Source of the DNA: Flexilinea sp.
GTDB lineage: Bacteria > Bacteroidota > Bacteroidia > Bacteroidales > Bacteroidaceae
NCBI GenBank assembly: GCA_963653995.1
Contig: CAVJZJ010000003.1
Coordinates: 40,901-104,900 of the forward strand
Reading direction: 5' to 3'
DNA: 64,000 nucleotides
In this document: positions 51,024 to 61,199 of the stretch, piece after piece
Position numbering within the stretch: the first letter of the stretch is position 1
Layout: the number at the start of each line of letters is the position of its first letter
Program-made: the position numbers and the translations under genes
The notes under the pieces: model-generated
Told to the model about the DNA's origin: nothing
The model's input: only the letters and a program-made list of their open reading frames with translations
Databases searched by the model: none

Positions 51024-51149
51024 TTTTTTTACCGTCACTTAACAAAAATATGTTGTGTACGTATTGTTTCCGTGTAAATGTAGTATCTTTGCAGACAAAA
51101 CCGTAGGCTCGGTTTGTTGATAGAAATTAGCGTATCAAGAATTAGTACA

Positions 51150-52418
51150 ATGAATATACTGTTGTTGGGAAGTGGCGGCCGTGAGCACGCCCTGGCATGG
51201 AAAATCGCCCAAAGTAAGAAAGTCGAAAAACTCTTTGTCGCTCCGGGTAACGCCGGAACCGCCTCGAGTGGAGAAAATGTCGCTATCAAGGCCGACGATT
51301 TCGAAGCCCTCAAGGATTTCGCCGTGTCGCATGCTATTGATATGGTGGTGGTAGGTCCAGAAGATCCGTTGGTCAAGGGTATCTACGATGAGTTCAGTGC
51401 TGATGCGCGTACTGCATCTATTCCTGTCATTGGTCCGTCGAAAGCTGGTGCAGTATTGGAGGGTTCCAAGGATTTTGCCAAGGGATTTATGCAGCGTCAC
51501 AATATTCCGACTGCCAAGTATCGCACATTTGACGGTACGACCATCGAAGAGGGACTCCATTTTCTTGAAACCCTACAGGCTCCCTATGTACTCAAGGCAG
51601 ACGGACTCTGCGCCGGAAAGGGTGTGCTGATTGTCCCCACGTTGGAGGAAGCCAAGAAGGAATTCCGCGATATGCTCGACGGTATGTTTGGCAATGCTTC
51701 CGCTCATGTGGTCATCGAGGAATTTCTCAGTGGTATAGAGTGCTCTGTCTTTGCACTGACTGACGGACAACACTACAAAATTTTACCTGAAGCAAAGGAT
51801 TACAAGCGTATCGGTGAACATGATACGGGCCTCAATACCGGTGGCATGGGTAGTGTTTCTCCAGTACCGTTTGCCGATGCTGTGTGGATGAAGAAAGTGG
51901 AGGACCGTATCATCCGTCCTACGGTAGAAGGACTGGCTGAGGAAGGTATCGACTACAAGGGATTTATCTTCTTCGGACTTATCAATGTCGATGGCGAACC
52001 GATGGTTATCGAGTACAATTGCCGTATGGGCGATCCGGAGACCGAAACCGTCATGCTGCGTCTCAAGAGCGACATTGTCGATCTTTTTGAAGGTGTGGCC
52101 CATGGCAATCTCGACCAGTGCGAAGTGGAATTTGATGAGCGTGCCGCAGTCTGCGTGATGCTTGTCAGCGGTGGTTATCCACAGGCATACAAGAAGGGAT
52201 ATACTATCAGCGGACTTGATCAGGTAGACGGTTCTATCGTGTTTCATTCGGGTACTGCCTTCTCCGGTGAAGATATTGTCACCGCAGGCGGACGTGTCAT
52301 TGCAGTCAGTTCGTATGGCAAGGACAAGGAGGAGGCCCTCAATAAATCATTCACTGAGGCCCAGAAAATAGAATTCACAGGAAAGTATTTCCGCCGCGAT
52401 ATCGGCCAGGACCTGTAA
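51150..52418 (+). CDS. purD: Phosphoribosylamine-glycine ligase
   Basis: [53 protein letters not shown] promoter at 51084. Confidence 0.97.
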   Translation: MNILLLGSGGREHALAWKIAQSKKVEKLFVAPGNAGTASSGENVAIKADDFEALKDFAVSHAIDMVVVGPEDPLVKGIYDEFSADARTASIPVIGPSKAGAVLEGSKDFAKGFMQRHNIPTAKYRTFDGTTIEEGLHFLETLQAPYVLKADGLCAGKGVLIVPTLEEAKKEFRDMLDGMFGNASAHVVIEEFLSGIECSVFALTDGQHYKILPEAKDYKRIGEHDTGLNTGGMGSVSPVPFADAVWMKKVEDRIIRPTVEGLAEEGIDYKGFIFFGLINVDGEPMVIEYNCRMGDPETETVMLRLKSDIVDLFEGVAHGNLDQCEVEFDERAAVCVMLVSGGYPQAYKKGYTISGLDQVDGSIVFHSGTAFSGEDIVTAGGRVIAVSSYGKDKEEALNKSFTEAQKIEFTGKYFRRDIGQDL

Positions 52419-52508
52419 AGGGGCGTATAGGCGGGTAATGTCGCGCAATTGTCTTGCTTACGACAGGTAAAATGCAGGATATTGGCAAAAAAGCCCGCCA
52501 CAAGATAG

Positions 52509-53438
52509 ATGCAAAGAAAAAGATTACAGAACAGGATAGCCGAGAGCCGGATGGCACTGCCTGCGACGGCCGTGTATGTCGTGCTCGTATGCTTGGCCGT
52601 CGGACTGCTTGAGGGGCAGATGTGGGTATCGTTCGCCTTGTTGGCCGTGTCGTCGTTTCTGATGATGCAACTCAACAATGCCAATGCCCTCATACGGGTG
52701 TACAGCCGTATGGTGTCGTGTACCTTTCTAGTGTTGTCGGCCATGTCTACATTTCTATTGGCCAATCCTGTATATGGTGGGGTCCAGTTGTGTCTTGTAG
52801 CCTTCTATGTGCTTTTCTTTCGGGCTTATCAAGACAAACGTGCAGTCGGAAACATCTTCTATGCCTTTCTCATGCTGGGTATTGCAAGCATAGGTTTTGT
52901 GCAGGTATTGTTCTTTGTTCCTGTACTTTGGATACTGCTCTATACCAATGTGATGGCTGGTTCGTTGCGTACCTTTTTTGCCTCGGTGCTTGGGATACTT
53001 CTGCCATACTGGTTTGCTGAAGTATACTACGTCTGCATGGGTGAACCGCTGGCGTTGATTCCACATTTTCTCGCACTAGGCGAGTTCCGTCCGTTGGCCT
53101 TGTCACTGCCGTGGAGTGGTCAGCAATTGTCGGCAACCGCACTTGTGTTGTTGCTCTCCATTGTCGGCGTGGTGCATTTCCATCGCAATAGTTATATGGA
53201 CAAGATCCGTACACGCATGCTCTTTGAGATTTTTACTGCAATGGCGATGTGTACGATAGCGTTTCTCTTTCTGCAACCGCAGCACGTCAATTGTCTTTTG
53301 GGTATGCTGATTGTCAGCATCTCGCCCCTGGTCGGTCACTATGTGTCGCTTACGCGGACGCGCCTTACCAATATCTCATTTTTTGTATTTCTTCTGCTGG
53401 CCCTTGTGGTCACGGCCTACAATGTATGGATGTTATAG
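52509..53438 (+). CDS. Polytopic membrane protein, function unknown
   Basis: Many hydrophobic segments; co-oriented after purD. Confidence 0.75.
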   Translation: MQRKRLQNRIAESRMALPATAVYVVLVCLAVGLLEGQMWVSFALLAVSSFLMMQLNNANALIRVYSRMVSCTFLVLSAMSTFLLANPVYGGVQLCLVAFYVLFFRAYQDKRAVGNIFYAFLMLGIASIGFVQVLFFVPVLWILLYTNVMAGSLRTFFASVLGILLPYWFAEVYYVCMGEPLALIPHFLALGEFRPLALSLPWSGQQLSATALVLLLSIVGVVHFHRNSYMDKIRTRMLFEIFTAMAMCTIAFLFLQPQHVNCLLGMLIVSISPLVGHYVSLTRTRLTNISFFVFLLLALVVTAYNVWML

Positions 53439-53878
53439 TCGATTTCTTGCTCAACTGGGGTTACTGGGGGATGCTTGTTGCAGCTTTTCTTGCGGGAAGC
53501 GTGTTTCCCTTTAGCAGCGAGGCTGTTATGCTCGGTTTGCAACTGGAGGGATTGGCTCCCACCCAACTTGTCGTTTATGGTACGATAGGCAATGTGCTCG
53601 GATCGATGTTCAACTATGGCGTTGGGCGCTTGGGGCGTGTGGAGTGGATAGAACGCTATCTGCGCGTCAAGCCGGAAAGTCTCGACAAGGCCCGGCGTTT
53701 TATGGGCGGACGTGGTGCATGGATGGGCTTTTTCGCTTTTCTTCCTCTGCTTGGAAGTGCCATCACCGTCGTCTTGGGACTGATGCGGGCCAATGTCGTG
53801 GTGTCTATGGTGAGCATCACTATCGGAAAATTGTTGCGATATCTGTTGTTGGTATACAGTGTATCGCTAGTGTCATAG
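53426..53878 (+). CDS. YqaA/DedA (VTT) family membrane protein
   Basis: AFLAGSVFPFSSE, GNVLGSMFNY, IGKLLRY; start at MDVIVDF. Confidence 0.85.
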   Translation: MDVIVDFLLNWGYWGMLVAAFLAGSVFPFSSEAVMLGLQLEGLAPTQLVVYGTIGNVLGSMFNYGVGRLGRVEWIERYLRVKPESLDKARRFMGGRGAWMGFFAFLPLLGSAITVVLGLMRANVVVSMVSITIGKLLRYLLLVYSVSLVS

Positions 53879-53890
53879 ATTTTTTCAGTT

Positions 53891-54727
53891 ATGAACAAAT
53901 ACATCTCTTATCTTCTACTATTGGCTGCTGTGGTATTTTGTGGTTGCGGACAGTCGCAGAAAAAATCCGGACGGCGCATCGTCACGGTGACCATCGAACC
54001 GCTACGGTACTTCACAGAACGCATTGCAGGTGACAAATTCCAGGTGCAGACTATGGTGCCTGCCGGTGGAAATCCCGAGACCTACGAACCATCTGCCCAA
54101 CAGATGGTCGATCTCTCACAAAGTGACTTGTACATCAAAGTGGGCAGTATCGGTTTCGAGCGTACATGGATGAAACGTCTTGAGGCCAATGCACCACATG
54201 CTATCGTGATAGATTCCTCTGAAGGCATCACACCAGCGCTGAGCGCTGAAGGTGTGCCCGATCCTCATACGTGGATGAGCACGACCAATGCTTCGGTGAT
54301 TGCCACCAATATCTATCGGGCTTTGTCGAACATAGACAATCGCGACAGTCTGTATTTTCGGAAAAACCTCGATGCTCTATTGGCCGATATTGACAATGTG
54401 GATACCCAAATACGCGAGCAACTCACTCGCTACAAGTCGACGGCTTTTCTCATCTATCATCCTATTCTCACTTATTTCGCGCGTGATTATCGTCTGACGC
54501 AGATTCCGATGGAACAGGAAGGACGGGAACCCAGTGCCAAGCAGTTGAGTGAAACTATCGCTGAAGCACGAAAATTGAACGTTCATACGTTTTTCGTGCA
54601 GAAAGAGTTTTCCAACCGCAATGTTGAGGTGGTGGCTACAAGTGTAGGTGCGAAGAAGGTCTCTATACATCCTTTGGGGTATGACTGGGACAAGGAAATG
54701 GTAAAAATCGCAACATTGCTCAGATGA
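53891..54727 (+). CDS. Zn/Mn ABC transporter substrate-binding lipoprotein (ZnuA/TroA family)
   Basis: Lipobox FCGC, NPETYEPS, DPHTWMS, YHP..YFARDY. Confidence 0.88.
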   Translation: MNKYISYLLLLAAVVFCGCGQSQKKSGRRIVTVTIEPLRYFTERIAGDKFQVQTMVPAGGNPETYEPSAQQMVDLSQSDLYIKVGSIGFERTWMKRLEANAPHAIVIDSSEGITPALSAEGVPDPHTWMSTTNASVIATNIYRALSNIDNRDSLYFRKNLDALLADIDNVDTQIREQLTRYKSTAFLIYHPILTYFARDYRLTQIPMEQEGREPSAKQLSETIAEARKLNVHTFFVQKEFSNRNVEVVATSVGAKKVSIHPLGYDWDKEMVKIATLLR

Positions 54728-55530
54728 CACGCACTCCGATTATAGAACTTACCAGTGTGACGGCTTCCTATGGTCGCAATGTGGCCTTGCAAGATGCATC
54801 GCTCACGGTGTATGACCACGATTTTCTCGGCATTATCGGTCCCAATGGCGGTGGAAAAACCACGCTTGTCAAGGTGATGCTTGGATTGATGCGTCCGATG
54901 ACAGGAAGTGTGCGCTACTACCGCGATGGCAAGGAGGTGAAGGAAATTACGATGGGCTATCTTCCCCAATACAATCAGATTGACCGCGAGTTTCCCATCT
55001 CCGTCTACGATGTGGTACTCTCAGGACTCAGCCGCGAAAAACCATTGTTGAGGTCTTACACCCGCAGCCAATTGGCGCAGGTGGAAGAAACGTTGCACCG
55101 CCTTGACCTTGATACCTATTCCCGTCGGCCTATCGGTGCACTGAGTGGTGGTCAACTACAGCGTGTGTTGTTGGCTCGTGCCATCGTGTCGCGTCCCTCT
55201 GTAGTGGTGCTTGATGAGCCCAATACCTATATCGACCAGCGGTTTCAGGAGCAGATGTACAAATTGCTCGGGCAGATCAACCGCGACTGCGCCGTTGTCA
55301 TTGTCAGCCACGATATCGGGTCGGTCATGCAAAACGTGCGCGATGTGGCCTGTGTCAACCGCACGTTGCACTATCACCCTGCCCGTGAAGTGACACCGAA
55401 CGAACTGGAACGCTATTTCGGTTGTCCCATCGAACTGATGGCACACGGCGACCTTCCCCATAGAGTGTTACGTCGACATATTGCCGGAACGTGTGGACAT
55501 GACGGAGGCGGTGACGGTGGGCAAGGGTGA
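54724..55530 (+). CDS. Metal ABC transporter ATP-binding protein (ZnuC-like)
   Basis: GPNGGGKTT, LSGGQLQR, LDEP, VSHD. Confidence 0.9.
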   Translation: MTRTPIIELTSVTASYGRNVALQDASLTVYDHDFLGIIGPNGGGKTTLVKVMLGLMRPMTGSVRYYRDGKEVKEITMGYLPQYNQIDREFPISVYDVVLSGLSREKPLLRSYTRSQLAQVEETLHRLDLDTYSRRPIGALSGGQLQRVLLARAIVSRPSVVVLDEPNTYIDQRFQEQMYKLLGQINRDCAVVIVSHDIGSVMQNVRDVACVNRTLHYHPAREVTPNELERYFGCPIELMAHGDLPHRVLRRHIAGTCGHDGGGDGGQG

Positions 55531-55713
55531 ATGCACTCGACGTTTCGAGAATGTGACACCGCAATGCTAAAATATATTAAGTATGTATAGCCCCAAACGT
55601 TCTATCGTATTATTTTGCTACCTTTGCAAGGTTAGTGCAGAACAATCTTGATTGCCCTTCATTGCGGTAATGCAAAGAGAATGAGCGATAACAACTATTT
55701 CTACATATAATCA

Positions 55714-58700
55714 ATGAAACAGTACAAGTTAGTGAACAATGTGCTGGGGTGGCTGACCTTTCTTGTGGCCGCCTTCGTATATTGTTCAACCATCGAACCG
55801 ACAGCCAGTTTTTGGGACTGTCCCGAATTTATCACAACCGGCTATAAACTGGAAGTAGGCCACCCGCCAGGCGCGCCCTTCTTCATGCTTACGGCCAATC
55901 TGTTCTCACATTTCGCCAGTGATGCTACCCAAGTGGCGCGTATGGTCAACACGATGAGCGCATTGCTCAGTGCCACAACCATACTCTTCCTCTTTTGGAG
56001 TATCACTCATTTGGCTCGCAAACTGGTAGTGAAAGATTGGAGCAACATGACCGTTGCCAAGATGATTGCCATCGAGGCTTCCGGATTGGTAGGTGCATTG
56101 ATCTATACCTTTAGCGATACGTTCTGGTTCTCAGCCGTCGAGGGAGAGGTGTATGCCTATTCGTCGGCTTTCACGGCTATAGTGTTCTGGCTTATCCTCA
56201 AGTGGGAGGATCATGCCGACGAACCTCATAGCGACCGCTGGTTGGTGCTTATCGCCTACATGACGGGACTCTCCATCGGTGTACACTTGCTCAATCTTCT
56301 GTGCATCCCGGCCATTGTGCTTGTGTTCTGCTATCGGCTTTATCCCAAGATCGAACTCAAGGGGTCGCTCCTTGCGCTCTTTGTATCGTTCGTGCTTGTG
56401 GCTGCTGTGCTTTACGGCGTAGTGCCGGGCATTATCACCGTAGGCGGATGGTTCGAACTGCTCTTTGTCAATGTGTTCGGCTGTCCGTTCAATACAGGTG
56501 AAATCATCTACATCATCTTGCTCGTGTCTATCGTGATATGGGCCATCTATGAGACATTTGTCGACCGCAATTTCGTGCGACAGAATGTAGCCTTTACGCT
56601 TTCCGTCGGTATGCTCGGCATTCCCTTCTATGGTTATGGATGGTCGGCAGCCATTATCGGAATCGTTGTTTTGGCTTTGCTCTATTTCGTGCTGAGCCGT
56701 CGCAAGGTCATCGAGAAGAAGGCCGTCCCGTATATCTCGGCCCGTATCAAGAACACCGCCTTGCTTTGTATGTTGATGCTTATGATCGGCTATTCCAGTT
56801 ATGCGGTTATCGTCATCCGTTCATCGGCCAATCCGCCGATGGACCAGAACTCCCCTGAGGATATCTTCACACTGGGCAGTTACCTTAGCCGTGACCAGTA
56901 CGGTGACACTCCGTTGTTCTATGGTCAAGCCTACACTTCACAGGTGAAACTCAAGGTAGAAGGCAACCAGTGTTTCCCCGTACGCAAAGAGGGAGCACCC
57001 ATTTGGCAGCGCAAAGAGAAGGCTTCCAAAGACGAGAAGGATTCCTACTTTGTTGTCAGCCACAAGGATAAGGTGGAATATGCACAGAATATGTTCTTCC
57101 CCCGTATGCACAGTTCTGCCCACGCACAAGCCTATGAGAGTTGGCTTGGTGGAGTAGAAGGCCGTGAGGTGCCCTACGACCGTTGTGGTGAGCAGATTAC
57201 AGTGAAAGTGCCTACCCAGTGGGATAATATACGGTTCTTCTTGTCGTATCAAATGAATTTCATGTACTGGCGCTACTTTATGTGGAACTTCGCCGGACGT
57301 CAGAATGACATTCAGGGTAGCGGTGAAACCGAACATGGCAACTGGATTACAGGTATTTCTTTCATAGACAATGCTCTGTATGGTGACCAAAGCAAACTCC
57401 CCGATGAATTGAAGGCCAACAAGGGACACAACGTGTTCTACTGTCTGCCTTTGCTCCTTGGTATCATCGGTTTGTTGTGGCAAGCCTTCCGTGGACAACG
57501 TGGTATACGTCAGTTTTGGGTGGTGTTCTTCCTGTTTTTTATGACAGGATTGGCCATCGTTATCTACCTCAACCAAACACCGCAGCAACCGCGTGAACGT
57601 GACTATGCCTATGCCGGTTCGTTCTACGCCTACGCTATATGGTGCGGACTCGGCGTACTGGCTATCATAGACTTGCTCAAGAAGTGGGTTAAAGGTCATG
57701 AGACCGTGTTGGCCTCCATTGTCGGTATCCTCTGTCTCGGTGTGCCCATCCAGATGGCATCGCAAACCTGGGATGACCACGACAGAAGTGGTCGATACAC
57801 TTGCCGTGACTACGGACAGAACTATCTGATGACCCTGCAGGACAAGGGCGCACCTATCATTTTCACCAATGGTGACAACGATACCTTCCCATTATGGTAC
57901 AATCAGGAAGTGGAGGGTGTGCGTACCGACGCGCGTGTTTGCAACCTCTCATACTTGAACACCGACTGGTATATTGACCAGATGAAGCGTCCCGCTTACA
58001 ATTCACCTTCCGTGCCTATCACGTGGCCGCGTCTTGACTTCTGCTCGGGTACCAATGAGTATGTAGAGATACATCCCGAATTGGAGAGCGAAGTACGCAA
58101 GTTCTATGCCGAAAATCCTGCGGCTGCCAAGGCTCAGTTCGGTGACGAACCGTTTGATGTGAAGAACGTCATGAAGTACTGGGTGCGCTCTAAGGATGCC
58201 GATATGCACGTCATACCTTCCGATACGCTCTATATCAAGATTGACAAGGATGCAGTGCGTCGTAGTGGCATGATGATGGCCAGCGATACCATCCCCGACC
58301 ACATGGTCATCTCGCTTGCAGGAAAACGTGTACTCTATAAGGGTGAACTGATGATGCTTGAGATACTCTCGCAGAGCAATTGGGTACGCCCCGTATATGT
58401 TGCCTTGACCGTTGGCTCGGACAATTACATGAATCTCGGTGACAACTTCGTACAAGAGGGTCTTGCCAATCGTATCACGCCGTTTACGACCAATCGTCCC
58501 GGTGCTTCCAACTTCGATTCCGAAAAGACCTACTACAATGTCATGAACCGCTTCAAATGGGGTGGCATCGACAAACCTGGGGTGTATGTCGACGAGACTG
58601 TGAAACGTATGTGTGTCACGCACCGCCTGATGCTCAATACGCTAGCATCTCATCTCATCGCTGAACACAAGTTTGACAAGGCCCGCAAGGTGATGAAACT

Positions 58701-59052
58701 CAGTGAAGAGAAGATACCTGCATACAATGTTCCTGTAACCTATCTCAATGGTGGTATGGAGATGGCCAACAACTATCTGTTGCTGGGCGATAAGAAGAAG
58801 GCCAGCGAGACTTTGACTACTATTTGGACCAACTGTGAGCAGTACGCCAACTACTACTTGTCGCTCTCTGCATCCAATTTCTCCTTGTCGGAGATTGATG
58901 CCATGCGTCAGTTTATGATGATGCAAGGTATCATTCAGAGTATGCGTTCTGTCGATATCAAGAAAGCGGCATCGTGGGAGAAGACGCTTAGCATACTTTA
59001 CTCCAGTTATCTGCAGAAAGGCGGACGTCCGATGCAGTACGGTGATGAGTAG
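55714..59052 (+). CDS. DUF2723 / TMEM260-like GT-C membrane glycosyltransferase
   Basis: SFWDCPEFI, HPPGAP, WFSAVEGEVY, PRERDY, GDNDTFPLWY.QEVEG.R.D. Confidence 0.85.
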   Translation: MKQYKLVNNVLGWLTFLVAAFVYCSTIEPTASFWDCPEFITTGYKLEVGHPPGAPFFMLTANLFSHFASDATQVARMVNTMSALLSATTILFLFWSITHLARKLVVKDWSNMTVAKMIAIEASGLVGALIYTFSDTFWFSAVEGEVYAYSSAFTAIVFWLILKWEDHADEPHSDRWLVLIAYMTGLSIGVHLLNLLCIPAIVLVFCYRLYPKIELKGSLLALFVSFVLVAAVLYGVVPGIITVGGWFELLFVNVFGCPFNTGEIIYIILLVSIVIWAIYETFVDRNFVRQNVAFTLSVGMLGIPFYGYGWSAAIIGIVVLALLYFVLSRRKVIEKKAVPYISARIKNTALLCMLMLMIGYSSYAVIVIRSSANPPMDQNSPEDIFTLGSYLSRDQYGDTPLFYGQAYTSQVKLKVEGNQCFPVRKEGAPIWQRKEKASKDEKDSYFVVSHKDKVEYAQNMFFPRMHSSAHAQAYESWLGGVEGREVPYDRCGEQITVKVPTQWDNIRFFLSYQMNFMYWRYFMWNFAGRQNDIQGSGETEHGNWITGISFIDNALYGDQSKLPDELKANKGHNVFYCLPLLLGIIGLLWQAFRGQRGIRQFWVVFFLFFMTGLAIVIYLNQTPQQPRERDYAYAGSFYAYAIWCGLGVLAIIDLLKKWVKGHETVLASIVGILCLGVPIQMASQTWDDHDRSGRYTCRDYGQNYLMTLQDKGAPIIFTNGDNDTFPLWYNQEVEGVRTDARVCNLSYLNTDWYIDQMKRPAYNSPSVPITWPRLDFCSGTNEYVEIHPELESEVRKFYAENPAAAKAQFGDEPFDVKNVMKYWVRSKDADMHVIPSDTLYIKIDKDAVRRSGMMMASDTIPDHMVISLAGKRVLYKGELMMLEILSQSNWVRPVYVALTVGSDNYMNLGDNFVQEGLANRITPFTTNRPGASNFDSEKTYYNVMNRFKWGGIDKPGVYVDETVKRMCVTHRLMLNTLASHLIAEHKFDKARKVMKLSEEKIPAYNVPVTYLNGGMEMANNYLLLGDKKKASETLTTIWTNCEQYANYYLSLSASNFSLSEIDAMRQFMMMQGIIQSMRSVDIKKAASWEKTLSILYSSYLQKGGRPMQYGDE

Positions 59053-59146
59053 TGCGAAGATGAGCGTAGAACAAAAATCAAGATAATACTGTGCCAGCCT
59101 CTTCTTCCGCAAGGGAGAAGAGGCTTGGTCGTGTTTTTTACAAAGT

Positions 59147-59758
59147 ATGATAATTGAACAACCTTCATTGTGGCTGCGGTGGCTATATCCAAGAGCCTTG
59201 TGGCGGATGAGCAAGACCGAACGGGCTGTCTATCTCACTTTTGACGATGGACCGATACCCGAGTCTACGCCATTCATCTTGGAAACACTTGCAAGGTTTG
59301 ATGCCCATGCCACCTTCTTTATGGTTGGTGACAATGTGCGCAAATATCCCGACCTCTATCGGCAGATTGTTGATGCAGGTCATCAGGTAGGCAATCATAC
59401 TTTCCACCATCTTGGTGGTTTCAAGCATTGGTCTACTACCTATATTCATGATACCAACGAGGCAAATGCACTCATTCATGCTCATCTCTTTCGTCCACCC
59501 CACGGGTGTATGAGCCATAGCGAATATTTTTGGCTGCGGCGCAAGTACCGTATTGTGATGTGGGATCTTGTGACACGTGATTATTCCAAATGGATGACGG
59601 CTGAGGATGTGCTCAACAATGTGAAACGCTATGCTCGTAATGGCAGTATCATCACCTTCCATGACTCGCTCAAGAGTATTGACAAATTGCATTATGCTCT
59701 TCCTGCGGCATTGCAGTGGTTGCGTGATCAAGGGTATGCGTTCAAGACTTTCGACTGA
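59147..59758 (+). CDS. Polysaccharide deacetylase (CE4/NodB)
   Basis: LTFDDGP, ATFF, GNHTFHH, FRPPHG, FHD. Confidence 0.92.
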   Translation: MIIEQPSLWLRWLYPRALWRMSKTERAVYLTFDDGPIPESTPFILETLARFDAHATFFMVGDNVRKYPDLYRQIVDAGHQVGNHTFHHLGGFKHWSTTYIHDTNEANALIHAHLFRPPHGCMSHSEYFWLRRKYRIVMWDLVTRDYSKWMTAEDVLNNVKRYARNGSIITFHDSLKSIDKLHYALPAALQWLRDQGYAFKTFD

Positions 59759-59789
59759 AATTCTCGAAATTACGCTTTGAATACACACG

Positions 59790-59848
59790 AAACGGGAGAT
59801 GACAATGGGGTAAGTTCCCTTGTGTCATCTCCCGTTTCCGTTTTTTTT
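59790..59848. terminator. Terminator between convergent genes
   Basis: AAACGGGAGATGACA...TGTCATCTCCCGTTT followed by a T tract. Confidence 0.7.
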
Positions 59849-59921
59849 GTAACCCCATCCAAAACAATTCGGTATGTTTCTGTGGATACTATTGTATGGT
59901 GATGTTTCTGCTCGGTGGCAC

Positions 59922-60770
59922 TTATTCTTCCTCGTCTTCCGTGATGCTCTTGTCGTAGATGATTTCTGGACTTGGCAGTCCTTTCTTCATGTCGTTGTAT
60001 GCACGTGTGAGGTCGCTATTGTCGATGGTAATATCGCGTCTTACTGGACGTTCACGGTCGATAGTAGTGTGCGAGAAAAGCCATTCGTAGGTTTTTCTCA
60101 TATAGAGAATCCGGGCCAACGCACCATGTGACGCACCTGGAAGCCAGTCGTATCTGAGACGCTGGTCACAGTTTTCGTCCTGCAACTCTTTGACCACCGT
60201 CTGCGACTGCTTGACGGGTACAGCGCGGTCGGCGGTGCCATGCAGTATCCATAAAGGCAGATAGCCAAGGCCACTTTTGTCCTTTAGCGTGCATCCGCCA
60301 CAGAGGGCCATGGCTGCTGCTATCTTGTCGGGGTAGGTTCCGGCGAAATCCATGGTGCCGTATCCGCCGAGGCTCATTCCGATGACGTATACACGGGTGG
60401 AATCACAGGGGTAGTTTTTCTTTGTCCATTCGAGTACGTCATTGATTTTTTGTGGATTCCAGGCACCGCCTGGATTTTGTGGAACCACAACGACGGCATC
60501 TATCTCCCGTCCTCTGACGATGGCATCGAGCGGGCCGTATCGTCTGACGCGGTTGATATCTCGTCCGCACAGACTTTGTCCGTGTAGGAAGATAATGACA
60601 GGTGTGGTCTCATAAGTGTAGTAGTAGTCGGTGGGGGTATAGACCCAGAAGTTGTATCCGCCGGGTATGACGTCGGTCACGGGACGGATGAAATCATGTT
60701 GAGCGTTTGCTTCGATGGTGCGCAGTAGCAGACACAGAAGAACAATCATTACGGTGCGTATGTCTTTCAT
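59922..60770 (-). CDS. Exported alpha/beta hydrolase (esterase/peptidase-like)
   Basis: FLHG, GMSLGGYG nucleophile elbow, HGTADRAVP, ASHG. Confidence 0.85.
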   Translation of the reverse strand: MKDIRTVMIVLLCLLLRTIEANAQHDFIRPVTDVIPGGYNFWVYTPTDYYYTYETTPVIIFLHGQSLCGRDINRVRRYGPLDAIVRGREIDAVVVVPQNPGGAWNPQKINDVLEWTKKNYPCDSTRVYVIGMSLGGYGTMDFAGTYPDKIAAAMALCGGCTLKDKSGLGYLPLWILHGTADRAVPVKQSQTVVKELQDENCDQRLRYDWLPGASHGALARILYMRKTYEWLFSHTTIDRERPVRRDITIDNSDLTRAYNDMKKGLPSPEIIYDKSITEDEEE

Positions 60771-60948
60771 TCTTTTTTCTTTTGTTGTTGCTCTCGGTTG
60801 TGAAACGTATTTCAAAACCAATCTATATATAACTCTACTATTGGTATAACTCTACTATTGATGTCAAAATTATATCATTGGCCATGCTTTATGATTTTTT
60901 ATCTTTCTTGCGGTATGGCTTTGTGAATGAAGCCTTGCTTATGAAAAT

Positions 60949-61036
60949 AAAAAAAAGTGCCGTGCGCTTCTCAGAGCCCGGCACCCATCTCAATAGGTAT
61001 TAGTCTTCATAAGGTAAAAAGATTGTATTCAGGATA
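60949..61036 (-). ncRNA. Candidate ~90-nt sRNA or terminated leader
   Basis: TACTTTTG at 61043-50; terminator GTGCCG...CGGCAC-T8. Confidence 0.45.
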
Positions 61037-61199
61037 ACATTACAAAAGTAATACTTTTTTGCTGCTTGTACAAAACTTTTTGCCTTTTAATGTTGGCTTT
61101 CGAACGTCAGAATGGCTGAAAAAGTGTATCAACTCCCTTTTTTAACAAAACTTTAGCGTTTTGACGGGTTTTCTTGACGCTCGAAAGTATATGTGTGTG

